Assembly: GCA_949283575.1 (NCBI GenBank)
Contig: CASDSU010000016.1
Location: 130 to 64,129, forward strand
Reading direction: 5' to 3'
Length of the DNA stretch: 64,000 bases
Origin: an uncultured Eubacteriales bacterium
GTDB lineage: Bacteria > Bacillota > Clostridia > TANB77 > UBA1234
The translations under genes were made by a program, and so were the position numbers. The notes under the pieces were generated by a model, which was given only the letters and a program-made list of their open reading frames with translations, was not told the DNA's origin and made no database searches. Below, one piece after another: positions 20,854-31,308 of the stretch; the first letter of the stretch is position 1; every line of letters starts with the position of its first letter.

Positions 20854-21701
20854 TTCTTTTCTCCTTTCAATTTTTCATACAATTGCACATATCTCTCATA
20901 TCTGCCTTTATCAATTTTTCTTTTCGTTACTGCTTTCTTTACTCCACAATTTAATTCTTTTATATGTGTGCATGAACGAAATTCGCACTCAGAAATATGA
21001 GACTTAAATTCTATAAAATAATCTTCTAATTCTTTATGTGTAATTCCATCAATATCAAATGATGAAAAACCAGGAGTATCCGCAATAAAGCTATTATTTG
21101 CAAATTCATATAATTCTACATGTTTTGTTGTATGTTTACCTTTTTTCAATTTTTCTGAAGTTTCACCTTCTAATGCAACCTCTTCATTGAAAATACTATT
21201 TGTTAAAGCTGATTTTCCTACACCTGAATTACCACTAAACGCGGTTATCTTGTTGTTAATAATTCTAGCAATTTTATCTATACCGATTCCATTTTTTGCG
21301 GTCGTAGTAATAACTTGATATCCAATGTTTTCATATGTTTCAATAATATCACCATAATCCGCATTCAAATCTATTTTATTTATACAAATTATTGGCTCAA
21401 CATTATTTTTTTCTGCCATAACTATTTGTTTATCTAGCAACATTAAATCTGGACTTGGATTTGTACTTGCCACAACAATTATAAGCTGATCAATATTAGC
21501 AATTGGTGGTCTAACAAATTCGTTTTTTCTAGGATATATTTTAGTAATCAGATTATCAGTTTCATCAACTTCAACATAATCCCCAACTAATATCTGCGTT
21601 TTTTTAAATTTCAATAACCCTTTAGCCATACAATCTATAACTTTTGCATCAACTTTTACTGTGTATGAACTACCTTGAATTTTTACAACAATACCTTTCA
21701 T
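20847..21701 (-). CDS. rsgA: ribosome small-subunit-dependent GTPase A
   Basis: circularly permuted GTPase, GNSGVGKS, C-terminal Cys zinc finger. Confidence 0.9.
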   Translation of the reverse strand: MKGIVVKIQGSSYTVKVDAKVIDCMAKGLLKFKKTQILVGDYVEVDETDNLITKIYPRKNEFVRPPIANIDQLIIVVASTNPSPDLMLLDKQIVMAEKNNVEPIICINKIDLNADYGDIIETYENIGYQVITTTAKNGIGIDKIARIINNKITAFSGNSGVGKSALTNSIFNEEVALEGETSEKLKKGKHTTKHVELYEFANNSFIADTPGFSSFDIDGITHKELEDYFIEFKSHISECEFRSCTHIKELNCGVKKAVTKRKIDKGRYERYVQLYEKLKGEKKW

Positions 21702-21719
21702 AAATACCCCTTTATGGCT

Positions 21720-23762
21720 TTATTTTAAAGTTTTTTCTGAAACAACTTCATCATTAATATATACTTTTACCATTGCATTTTTTACATCCGTCACATATAC
21801 AATAATCATTCCATCTTCTCTTGTATGTTCTTGGTTATACTCAACTCTTTTTCCTACAGTGTTTCCTTCAAGAACTACTTTTACATTAAACTTTCCAATA
21901 GCACCAACCGTACTTAAATCAATTTTTACTTCTCTCTTTGCTTCTGCTGGAGTTGATGGCGTACCTTCATTGTTACCTGTTGAAGGACCTTCATTCTCAC
22001 CATTATTAACATCTCCAGAACCGTTATCTGATAATCTATTTACTACTAAAACAACTTCAGCAAGCTCTGTTTGATATTCATTAGCTTCTGGAGTTTGACT
22101 TAAAACTATTCCATCTGCTTTTGTAGGACTCTTTGTATAAGTAACTCTAGCAATTAACTTTGCTTTATCTAAAATTTCTCTTGCTTCTGCTTCTGTTCTA
22201 CCTTCTACTTCTGGCACTACAACAAGTCCACTTTCACCTGAAGCTGGTCCTTTACTTATATATACAGTAACTTCACTGCCGCTATCTACTTCGTCATTAG
22301 CTTTTGGTTCTTGACGAATTATATCACCAGAAACTATTACATCATGATACTCATATGCTTCAACATAAACTAAATCGCCATTTTTCTCAATTTGCATTTT
22401 AGCAGCAACTGTTGAACTTAATTGAGATACATCAGGAACAATTACTTTAGCACCGCCCTTACTAATTCTTACATCAACTGTATCTCCCTTTTTTAGTCTA
22501 TATCCTTCACTACGTTCTTGATATGTAACATAGCCTGGTAATGGATAATCAGGATGTGTAACATAGCCAGTAACATTCATAGTCAAACCTATTTCTGCTA
22601 ACATTCTTTCTGCTTCTTCTTGACTATATCCTTCAATTTTAATCATTTCAACTGTAGTATTTGAACCTAAGATTTTTTCGCTAATCATTGTTCCTAAATA
22701 CACACATGAAAAGAACAATACTACTGCAATTAATAAAAATATTAATAATCTCACTATTGCTTGTTTTTTTGTGACTCTTTTTTTTCTTCCCATTTCATCA
22801 TCATCCTGTTCTATAGTATTTTTTACATCAATTTTTTCTGTTTTATCTTGTGTATTATTTATTCCTACAACTGGAATTCTTTGTGTTGGGAATTCTGCAC
22901 TTGAAAGATTAACATCTTTTAACAAAGTAACATCGTCCGGATTTTTTAATAATTTTGTCAAATCATCATAAAATGCTTTTGCTGATGCATAACGATTAGC
23001 AGCTTCCTTTTGCATTGCCTTTAAAATTATTAAATTAAGTGCATCAGGTATTTCTGAATTTATACTTTTTGGCGCCTCTGGCTGTTCTTGCAAATGTTTC
23101 AAAGCTACAGATACCGGCGTTTCCGCATCAAAAGGCAACTTACCTGTACACATTTCATATAAAACAACACCTAGCGAATATATATCTGACTTTTCATCTG
23201 TATACCCACCTCTTGCATGTTCTGGTGAAAAATAATGTACACTACCTATTGTACTTCCAAAAGCATTTATAGTAGAATTAGAAACCGCTTTTGCAATACC
23301 AAAGTCTGTAACCTTAGCCACACCATCTTTTGTTATTATTATATTGTGTGGTTTTATATCTCTATGTACAATATGATGATTATGCGCTTTATTCAAACCT
23401 GACGCTATTTGTGCAGCTATTTTTACGGCATCTTTCCAAGGAATTTTACCTTTTTCAACTATGATTTCTTTTAACGTCTTTCCTTCAATAAGTTCCATTA
23501 CGATATAATGCATTGAATCATCTTTACCAACATCAAATATTGAAACAATATTTTGATGAGATAAACTTGCAGCTGATTGAGCTTCTACTTGAAAACGCTT
23601 AATAAACTCTGCATCATTTGCAAATTCATCCTTTAAGATTTTTATAGCAACATTTCTATTTAATACTCTGCACTTAGCTTTATAAACTGTTGCCATTCCG
23701 CCAGAACCTATTTTTTCAATTATTTCATATCTATTTCCTAGAACTTTTCCTTCCATATCCAT
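21720..23762 (-). CDS. prkC: Ser/Thr protein kinase PrkC with PASTA repeats
   Basis: 680 aa; Hanks kinase motifs (HRDIKPHN, DFG), TM segment, three PASTA units and a C-terminal beta domain. Confidence 0.9.
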   Translation of the reverse strand: MDMEGKVLGNRYEIIEKIGSGGMATVYKAKCRVLNRNVAIKILKDEFANDAEFIKRFQVEAQSAASLSHQNIVSIFDVGKDDSMHYIVMELIEGKTLKEIIVEKGKIPWKDAVKIAAQIASGLNKAHNHHIVHRDIKPHNIIITKDGVAKVTDFGIAKAVSNSTINAFGSTIGSVHYFSPEHARGGYTDEKSDIYSLGVVLYEMCTGKLPFDAETPVSVALKHLQEQPEAPKSINSEIPDALNLIILKAMQKEAANRYASAKAFYDDLTKLLKNPDDVTLLKDVNLSSAEFPTQRIPVVGINNTQDKTEKIDVKNTIEQDDDEMGRKKRVTKKQAIVRLLIFLLIAVVLFFSCVYLGTMISEKILGSNTTVEMIKIEGYSQEEAERMLAEIGLTMNVTGYVTHPDYPLPGYVTYQERSEGYRLKKGDTVDVRISKGGAKVIVPDVSQLSSTVAAKMQIEKNGDLVYVEAYEYHDVIVSGDIIRQEPKANDEVDSGSEVTVYISKGPASGESGLVVVPEVEGRTEAEAREILDKAKLIARVTYTKSPTKADGIVLSQTPEANEYQTELAEVVLVVNRLSDNGSGDVNNGENEGPSTGNNEGTPSTPAEAKREVKIDLSTVGAIGKFNVKVVLEGNTVGKRVEYNQEHTREDGMIIVYVTDVKNAMVKVYINDEVVSEKTLK

Positions 23763-23777
23763 TTAAATTAACCTCCA

Positions 23778-24518
23778 CTAATCATTAAAAATTAGTATTA
23801 CGCTTATATTGTCGTAGCCGCCATTCTTTTTAGCTTCACTAACCAAAATATTACAAGCATTTTCTAATTTATTTTTTTCATTAGTAACAACTTCATATAT
23901 TTCATCTTTATCAACCATATTAGTTAAGCCATCAGAACATAACAACAATATGTCTTCTTTAATAAAACCTTTCACCATAATATCTGGTTCTACGTTTGGT
24001 TCACAACCTAAAACCTTCAATAATATGTTTTTTTGAGGATGTGTCTCTGCCTCTTTCTTAGTTATAGTACCATTTTTAACCAACTCTTGAACATATGAAT
24101 GATCATGCGTTAATTGCCTCATAATATGCTTTCTTATTCTATATATACGACTATCTCCAATATGTCCTATATATACCTTATTTTTTACGATCAATGCCAC
24201 ACTTACAGTAGTCCCCATACCAGAATAATCTTTATTCTCTTTTGCCTTATTATATACATACCTGTTAGCATCAACTATTGACTTTCTTATTAATTCTTCC
24301 AAATTTTCTTTTTCATAATTGGTTTCTTCAATTCCATCAAGAATAGCATTTTTTATATATTCAATTGCCATTTTGCTAGCAACACTGCCAGCATTAGCTC
24401 CACCCATTCCATCAGCTACGATAAAAAGTTTAGCATCATTTTGTTTTAATGGAATTTCAATTCTATCTTGATTTTCTTTTCGTTGCATTCCCGTATCTGT
24501 CATACCATAGTATTGCAT
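23778..24518 (-). CDS. prpC: PP2C-family Ser/Thr phosphatase PrpC
   Basis: 246 aa; DGMGG motif; paired with prkC. Confidence 0.9.
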   Translation of the reverse strand: MQYYGMTDTGMQRKENQDRIEIPLKQNDAKLFIVADGMGGANAGSVASKMAIEYIKNAILDGIEETNYEKENLEELIRKSIVDANRYVYNKAKENKDYSGMGTTVSVALIVKNKVYIGHIGDSRIYRIRKHIMRQLTHDHSYVQELVKNGTITKKEAETHPQKNILLKVLGCEPNVEPDIMVKGFIKEDILLLCSDGLTNMVDKDEIYEVVTNEKNKLENACNILVSEAKKNGGYDNISVILIFND

Positions 24519-24636
24519 AAAATCATTTCACCTCCTAATGAAACATTAGTCACACAAAAACACCGCTCTTTTTGTGTTTAACTAGGTGTTCATACTCTAA
24601 AATATTATACTATATTATATAGAAAATAGTCTAGTC

Positions 24637-25665
24637 TCAATTTGTTCTAGACTTTTCGTCTCTAACAAGTTGTCCACACGCCGCTGAAATATCAGAGCCA
24701 AGCTCTCTTCTAATTGTAGCAACAATTCCTTTATCATTTAATAAATCTCTAAAGGCCATCATTTTTTCAACGCTACTTTTTTCATATTTACCATCTTTTA
24801 TTTTATTTACTGGAATCAAATTCACATGACATAACATTCCATGAAGTAGCTTTGCAAGATGAAGCGCATCTTCTTTACTATCATTTACACCATCAACTAA
24901 TGCATATTCAAATGTAATTCTTCTATTCATTTTATCAATGTATTTTTTGCATGCATCAATTACTTCTGCAATATTATATTTTTTATTTATTGGCATCATA
25001 TCACTGCGAACTTCATCTCTACTACTATGAAGTGAAATACATAAATTGCATTGAATATTCTCATTAGAAAAACGCTCAATCCCATCAACTAAACCACATG
25101 TAGAAATACTTATGTGACGAGCTCCAATATTTAAACCTTTTGGATCATTAATTAATCTTACTGCTTTCATCACATTTTCATAATTATCGAAAGGTTCACC
25201 AATTCCCATAAATACAACATTTGAGATTTTTTCTCCTGAATGTTCTTCCATTTTCAAAATCTGACCAACTATTTCTCCCGGTGTTAAGTTTCTTACAAAT
25301 CCAATCTTTGCCGATGCGCAAAAGTTACATCCCATTTTGCAACCAATTTGATTAGAAACACAAGCTGTATAACCATATTTATATTTCATAAGAACACTTT
25401 CGATTTTGTGTTCATCAGTAAGTTTAAACAAATACTTAATAGTTCCATCTTTTGACTTTTGAAAATTGTCCATAAAAATGCAATCAATTATATAGTTTTG
25501 TTTTAATTTTTCTGTTAAATCTTTAGACAAATCAGTCATTTCATCAAAAGAAGTAACACCTCTATATATCCAAGCAAAAATCTGTTTAGCTCTAAACTTT
25601 TTTTCACCTAAATTTACTAATTCATTTTCTAATTCTTCTAAAGTATAATCTCTAATATTTTTCAT
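24637..25665 (-). CDS. rlmN: 23S rRNA/tRNA m2A methyltransferase RlmN (radical SAM)
   Basis: CKMGCNFC radical-SAM motif; conserved synteny. Confidence 0.9.
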   Translation of the reverse strand: MKNIRDYTLEELENELVNLGEKKFRAKQIFAWIYRGVTSFDEMTDLSKDLTEKLKQNYIIDCIFMDNFQKSKDGTIKYLFKLTDEHKIESVLMKYKYGYTACVSNQIGCKMGCNFCASAKIGFVRNLTPGEIVGQILKMEEHSGEKISNVVFMGIGEPFDNYENVMKAVRLINDPKGLNIGARHISISTCGLVDGIERFSNENIQCNLCISLHSSRDEVRSDMMPINKKYNIAEVIDACKKYIDKMNRRITFEYALVDGVNDSKEDALHLAKLLHGMLCHVNLIPVNKIKDGKYEKSSVEKMMAFRDLLNDKGIVATIRRELGSDISAACGQLVRDEKSRTN

Positions 25666-25684
25666 AATATTTTCTCACTTTATT

Positions 25685-26968
25685 TTATTTTCTTTCAAAT
25701 ACCGCTATGAAGAAACCATCAGTATCATCAACATTTGGAAACAAATTAATTTTTTCCACTAAATTAAATTCAAGATGTTTTTTCAAAAATCTATCAACTT
25801 GTTCTTCATTTTCTTGTTTTAATATTGTACATGTACTATAAACTAGTCTTCCACCTGTTCTAACATATTCACTACATGTATCTAAAATTCTAGCTTGTAC
25901 TTCTATTAAGCTTTCTAAATCTTCTGGTTGTCTCGTCCATTTTATATCTGGCTTTTTACGAATTACTCCAAGACCACTACATGGTACATCAAGTAAAACC
26001 TTATCATATTTACCATTTAAACCTGTTGAATAATCCATTGCATCTTTTACTGACGTGCTAATTATTGAAATTCCTTGCTTTTTAGCAGCTTCTTCAACTA
26101 ATTTAACTCTATGCTGATGAATATCCCAAGCATCAACCTTACCTTGATTATTCATAAGTTCAGCAAGATATGTCGTTTTTCCTCCTGGAGCACTACATGC
26201 ATCTAAAACTCTATCACCAGGCTTTGGGTCAAGTTTCAAGCAAGCAAGTTGAGCTGCTTCATCTTGAACGCTATATAAGGCAGTACCAAAATCGCAAAGT
26301 TTTTTCACTTTTATACTATCTCTAAGATTTCCTTTTTTACAATCAATATTTTTTAATAAAAGTAATTTAAATAATTCATCACGACTAGTTTTCAAAATAT
26401 TTGCTCTTAAAGTTATATCAGGTGTTATATTATTTGCATTCAAAACCTCTGTGACAATTTTTTTATCATATTGTTTTAGAAGCTCTTGAACTATCCAAAT
26501 AGGATGTGAAGTAGCAATCGATATTAATTCTTCATCCATCATTTGTGGTTTTGTCCATAAGTATTCTAAAAGTTTTTCCATTTCGTTTTTATCTATTTTT
26601 CTAAGAATTGCATTTGTAAATCTTGCAGAAGCTTCATGCCCATATTTTTTAGCAAGATTTACACTTTCATTAACCGCAGCACTTTCTGGGATTCTATCCA
26701 AAAAAACTATTTGATAAATACCAATTCTTAAAATATTCAAAATCCATGGTGAAATTTTCTTTAAACGTATACTTGAATATCTCTTTATAATTTCATCTAA
26801 CGTAATTTTCCAAGTTAATACTCCATAAACTATTTCTGAAGCTAAAGCTTTGTCTACACTATCCAAATCTGATCTATTAAGTTCTTTATCAAGTGTAACA
26901 TTTGAATAACCTTCACCGAACTCTACCTTATATAATACATTTATCGCTAATTCTCTAGCATTCATCAA
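25685..26968 (-). CDS. rsmB: 16S rRNA m5C967 methyltransferase RsmB
   Basis: 427 aa; NusB-like N-terminus and SAM-dependent MTase domain with PCSG catalytic Cys motif. Confidence 0.85.
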   Translation of the reverse strand: MMNARELAINVLYKVEFGEGYSNVTLDKELNRSDLDSVDKALASEIVYGVLTWKITLDEIIKRYSSIRLKKISPWILNILRIGIYQIVFLDRIPESAAVNESVNLAKKYGHEASARFTNAILRKIDKNEMEKLLEYLWTKPQMMDEELISIATSHPIWIVQELLKQYDKKIVTEVLNANNITPDITLRANILKTSRDELFKLLLLKNIDCKKGNLRDSIKVKKLCDFGTALYSVQDEAAQLACLKLDPKPGDRVLDACSAPGGKTTYLAELMNNQGKVDAWDIHQHRVKLVEEAAKKQGISIISTSVKDAMDYSTGLNGKYDKVLLDVPCSGLGVIRKKPDIKWTRQPEDLESLIEVQARILDTCSEYVRTGGRLVYSTCTILKQENEEQVDRFLKKHLEFNLVEKINLFPNVDDTDGFFIAVFERK

Positions 26969-27086
26969 TTTATCCTTTCCGGTAGTTTTACCTTAACACT
27001 CTTAACCATTTTTTCATTTGTAAAGATTCTTTATAACAACAAAGAATGTTCCTCAAAATTTCTTTTGAGGAGCATTCATTTGTTTC

Positions 27087-29327
27087 TTAATTCTTTAAAT
27101 CTTCTGGTCTTTTTTCAATCATGCCAAAATAGTACATTATTGCATCAACAATTCTTTCACAAGCATTTCCATCTCCATAAGGATTCATGGCTCTACTCAT
27201 TTTCTTATATTCTTCTTTATCTGTTAATAATTTCATTGTTTCGTCGATAATTGTTTGCTTATCTGTACCAACAATCTTAACTGTTCCAGCAATAACTGCT
27301 TCTGGTCTTTCTGTTTCTCCTCTTAATACTAGAACTGGTTTTCCAAGAGAAGGAGCTTCTTCTTGAATTCCACCTGAATCTGTTAAAACCATATATGATC
27401 TATTTATTAAATTATGTGTTGTTATTACATCAAGCGGTTCAATTAAATGAACATTTTTTACTTCTCCTAATGTTTTTGTAGCAACATCTTGAACTGCTGG
27501 ATTTAAGTGAACTGGATATACAACCACAACATCTTTATTTTTCTTTGCAATCTCTTTTACTGCATTACAAATATTTTGAAGTGGCTCTCCTAAATTTTCT
27601 CTTCTATGCGCAGTCATAAAAATAACTTTTTTGTCAAAATCTATTTTTGAAAGTACTGGATGTGTAAACTTGTAATCTTCTTGAACTGTTGTTTTTAATG
27701 CATCTATTACTGTATTTCCAGTTGTATATATTAGACTTTCGTCTACCAATTCTCTAACTAAGTTAGCTTTATTATTCTCAGTTGGTGCAAAATAAATATC
27801 TGCAATATTTGTAACAAGTTGTCTGTTCATTTCTTCTGGATATGGTGAATATTTATCATATGTTCTAAGTCCCGCTTCTACATGACCAACTTTTGTTTTT
27901 GTATAAAATGCTGCAAGCGCTGCAGAGAATGTTGTTGATGTATCACCATGAACAAGTACTATATCAGGTTTTTCTGTTTGTAATACATCATATAGCTTTT
28001 CTAGAATATCTGAAGTTATATGAGCAAGAGTTTGTTTATCTTTCATAATATTCAAATCATACTCTGCCTTAATTTTAAAAGCATTCATAACTTGATCTAG
28101 CATTTGTCTGTGTTGTGCTGTTAAACATACAACAGTCTCAATATTTTCTTTTTCTCTTAATTTCAATATAAGTGGACACATTTTGATTGCTTCTGGTCTT
28201 GTTCCAAATACAACCATAACTTTTATTTTTTCTTTCTTTTCTGTGTGTCTCTTATCTGCAACTACCGTATTTCTTCTCTTTCCACCAGCTATATAAACAA
28301 TTATGTCATTAACACTTCTTGAACCTATAACAGAAAGAATTGCTAAAATTGCTATTAATATTAAAACCTTCCAAATACTGCTTTCAAGTATTATTACTGC
28401 AAGTATTCCAAGTAAAGCTGTAACTCCATATAATACTAAAACCGCTTGTTTTTGCGATAAACCTGCATCTATAAGCCTATGATGTATATGACCTCTATCT
28501 GCTTGCATTATAGATTGATGTCTCAAAATTCTTCTCGTCATTGCAAATAATGTATCAAAGATTGGAAGTCCAAGTATAACTACTGGAACTATTATTGTCA
28601 TAAGAGCATATGTTTTTGCCATTCCAAGCATTGAAACTGTAGCAAGTATGAATCCTAAAAAGTTAGATCCCATATCACCCATAAATGTTTTAGCTGGATT
28701 AAAGTTAAATGGTAAAAATCCCATAAGTCCGCCTAAAAGCGCCACGGCTAAAAGAATTGGCAATTCACCAGCTCCATTTAATATGAAAACTACTGTTAAT
28801 GATAGAGCTGAAATCGCTGAAACACCACTTGCAAGACCATCCAAACCATCAATTAAATTTAATGCATTAGTAACACCAATAATCCAAAAGAAAGTTACGA
28901 TAATAGATAATATATCATTTAATCCATATAAAGATAAAAATGGAATATTTACATACCAAATCCTAAGACCACTAATTATTACCAATACTGCTGCTATAAC
29001 TTGTCCTAACAATTTTTGCCATGGTTTTATATGATAAACATCATCTAAAAAACCTATTGTTGCAACGATAGCAAGACCTAGGAAAAATCCCCATAAATTG
29101 ATTCTTGCAGCTACATCTGTAGTTAATAACATATAAAGAACTGACACCAAAAATCCCATAATGAATGAAAAACCGCCCATTCTTGGCATCGCCTTCGTGT
29201 GAATTTTTCTTGCATCTTTTGGTTCATCAACTGCACCTACTCTATGTGCAATCTTTATAGACAACGGTGCGACTATAGCGGACGTTATCGCTGCTAAGAA
29301 AAAAGCTATTAACATATTTATACCCAT
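27087..29327 (-). CDS. fusion protein: N-terminal GT4/MraY-like undecaprenyl-phosphate GlcNAc-1-phosphate transferase (TagO/WecA-like) plus C-terminal non-hydrolysing UDP-GlcNAc 2-epimerase (MnaA/WecB-like)
   Basis: continuous 746-aa ORF; N-terminal 10-11 TM MraY-like domain to about residue 345, basic linker, then MVVFGTRPEAIKM...epimerase. Domain junction near 28220; no stop or RBS at the junction. Confidence 0.75.
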   Translation of the reverse strand: MGINMLIAFFLAAITSAIVAPLSIKIAHRVGAVDEPKDARKIHTKAMPRMGGFSFIMGFLVSVLYMLLTTDVAARINLWGFFLGLAIVATIGFLDDVYHIKPWQKLLGQVIAAVLVIISGLRIWYVNIPFLSLYGLNDILSIIVTFFWIIGVTNALNLIDGLDGLASGVSAISALSLTVVFILNGAGELPILLAVALLGGLMGFLPFNFNPAKTFMGDMGSNFLGFILATVSMLGMAKTYALMTIIVPVVILGLPIFDTLFAMTRRILRHQSIMQADRGHIHHRLIDAGLSQKQAVLVLYGVTALLGILAVIILESSIWKVLILIAILAILSVIGSRSVNDIIVYIAGGKRRNTVVADKRHTEKKEKIKVMVVFGTRPEAIKMCPLILKLREKENIETVVCLTAQHRQMLDQVMNAFKIKAEYDLNIMKDKQTLAHITSDILEKLYDVLQTEKPDIVLVHGDTSTTFSAALAAFYTKTKVGHVEAGLRTYDKYSPYPEEMNRQLVTNIADIYFAPTENNKANLVRELVDESLIYTTGNTVIDALKTTVQEDYKFTHPVLSKIDFDKKVIFMTAHRRENLGEPLQNICNAVKEIAKKNKDVVVVYPVHLNPAVQDVATKTLGEVKNVHLIEPLDVITTHNLINRSYMVLTDSGGIQEEAPSLGKPVLVLRGETERPEAVIAGTVKIVGTDKQTIIDETMKLLTDKEEYKKMSRAMNPYGDGNACERIVDAIMYYFGMIEKRPEDLKN

Positions 29328-29333
29328 TTTTAT

Positions 29334-29771
29334 TTACTTCCTTTCAAGTTCGTATTTTTCAACAATTCCTAATCTTTCAGCATAAATATCACCTAAGAAT
29401 TGTGAATTTTTCCATATTTCAATTATTTCTATTGCTTTTTCTAAATCTATATAATCAGCCCCTAAAGCAATCACATTAGCGTTATTATGTTCTTTTGCAG
29501 ATTTCGCAGTATCGTTATTATAGCAAAGCGCACATTTAACACCATTCACTTTATTTGCTGTAATGCTCATTCCAATTCCTGAGCGACAAATTAAAATTCC
29601 AGCCTCACATTCACCTTTTACAACTGCTTCAGCAACAGCTAATGCAACTATAGGTTCATCAAGACCTCGCACATCATTATATGCTCCATAATCTTTAAAA
29701 TCATCACCATAATGAGCCAAAAGTTCTTTTTTCAACTTAAACCCACCATGGTCAGAGCCAATTGCTATCAT
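29334..29771 (-). CDS. rpiB: ribose-5-phosphate isomerase B
   Basis: 145 aa; RpiB/LacAB pattern with catalytic Cys in ICRSGIGMS. Confidence 0.9.
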   Translation of the reverse strand: MIAIGSDHGGFKLKKELLAHYGDDFKDYGAYNDVRGLDEPIVALAVAEAVVKGECEAGILICRSGIGMSITANKVNGVKCALCYNNDTAKSAKEHNNANVIALGADYIDLEKAIEIIEIWKNSQFLGDIYAERLGIVEKYELERK

Positions 29772-29789
29772 TCGTATTTCCTCCCTTTT

Positions 29790-30257
29790 CTAAAGTGAAA
29801 CTTCTTTTTGAATTAACAACTCTATCAATTCATTTATTTCACTAGCAGAATTTTTATAAGTATTTTCATCGCCACCATATGGATCAGAAACATCTCCTGT
29901 TTCTCCCAAATATGTCTTAAGCGAATCTATTATCATAATTGAATCTACATTATGCAAATTAGCCCTTAAGTATACGGCCATCGCCTCTTCCATGCAAAGA
30001 ATTAGATCAGATTCCATTATAAGATCTATATTAATCATTTGAGGATGATGCGCTGACATATCAACTTTATATTCTTCCATTAGCACCTTAGAAGCTAGGG
30101 CTGAAGGTTTTTCAGAATTTTCTGACACAAACATACCTGCCGATTTAACATCCATTTTATCTTTCAAATTTCTTTTTTCTATTTTATCTTTTAAAAGATA
30201 CTCAGCCATAGGACTTCGACATGTATTTCCTGCACAAACAAAAAGAATTCTTTTCAA
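29790..30257 (-). CDS. ywlE: low-molecular-weight protein arginine/tyrosine phosphatase (YwlE-like)
   Basis: 155 aa; P-loop CAGNTCRS; ywlE-rpiB synteny as in B. subtilis. Confidence 0.8.
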   Translation of the reverse strand: MKRILFVCAGNTCRSPMAEYLLKDKIEKRNLKDKMDVKSAGMFVSENSEKPSALASKVLMEEYKVDMSAHHPQMINIDLIMESDLILCMEEAMAVYLRANLHNVDSIMIIDSLKTYLGETGDVSDPYGGDENTYKNSASEINELIELLIQKEVSL

Positions 30258-30417
30258 GCAAAATCACCTCAAATTCATACTCCCCTAATTATACAACAAA
30301 TTTTAAAATTTTCAATCCCCAAGATGTCGCAAAATGTCATTTTTTGGTAGTGATAGATTTCGTCCCCTTGTCCTTTTTTCTGTTTTGTATTATTATTATT
30401 TACGAGGAGGAAATTTT

Positions 30418-31159
30418 TATGAATAAAATAAGTGTTTTAGGTGTAAATTTTGACAACGTTAATATGGCTGAAGCTGTGGATAAATGTAAAGAGTTTTTAA
30501 AAGGAGAATACGGTAATTTGATTGTTACTCCTAATCCTGAAATTGTTATGAGAGCAAAAGATAACGAAGAATTTAAAAATATCATTAATGAGGCTGCTCT
30601 AGTTATTCCAGACGGAATCGGAATTATTAAAGCCGGTAAAATACTAGGTACTCCTTTAAAAGAGCGCGTTGCTGGTTTTGATTTAATTTGCAATTTACTT
30701 GAAGAAGGTAAAGATGGTTCAATTTCTTTTTATTTTTGGGGAAGTAAACCTGGTGTAGCTGATACAGCAATGCAAAAAGTTAAAGAAAAATATCCAGACA
30801 TTAATATTTTAGGTGCACATACAGGTTATTTTTCACCTGAAGAAGAAGAAATAATTGTTGAAGAAATAAGAAACTTGAAACCAGATGTCTTACTTGTAGG
30901 TTTAGGTGCTCCAAAACAAGAAATTACAATTAATAAATATATAAACGATAATATTTTTAAAATCGGAATTGGTTGCGGCGGTAGCATTGACGTATTAGCA
31001 GGTGCAGTAAAACGCGCACCAAAACTATTCATAAAACTTCATTTAGAATGGTTTTATAGATTGTTAAAACAACCTACTAGATTTAAGAGAATGTTGATTT
31101 TGCCTCAGTTTGTGAAAGAAGTAATAAAATCAAAAATGGAAATGGATGCATCTAAATAA
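30418..31159 (+). CDS. tagA: WecB/TagA/CpsF-family glycosyltransferase (UDP-ManNAc transferase TagA-like)
   Basis: 247 aa from the ATG at 30418 with RBS GAGGAGG; listed ORF 30221..31159 is an unsupported upstream extension. Confidence 0.8.
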
Positions 31160-31308
31160 TTCATTAATTAAAAAGTGTTCTCAACAATTGAACACTTTTT
31201 TAATTGTGAAATGTATTTCAAGCACAAATTAATTGACATAATATATCAGAGGTGGTATCTTTATATAGGTCGAATTAACAATCTATAAATTTAAAAGGAG
31301 GTGCCAAA

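Noticed and set aside
30221-30417. N-terminal 66-codon extension of the tagA ORF as listed
   Set aside because: No RBS at 30221 and the extension overlaps the ywlE coding end; a strong GAGGAGG RBS precedes the ATG at 30418, giving a normal-length TagA
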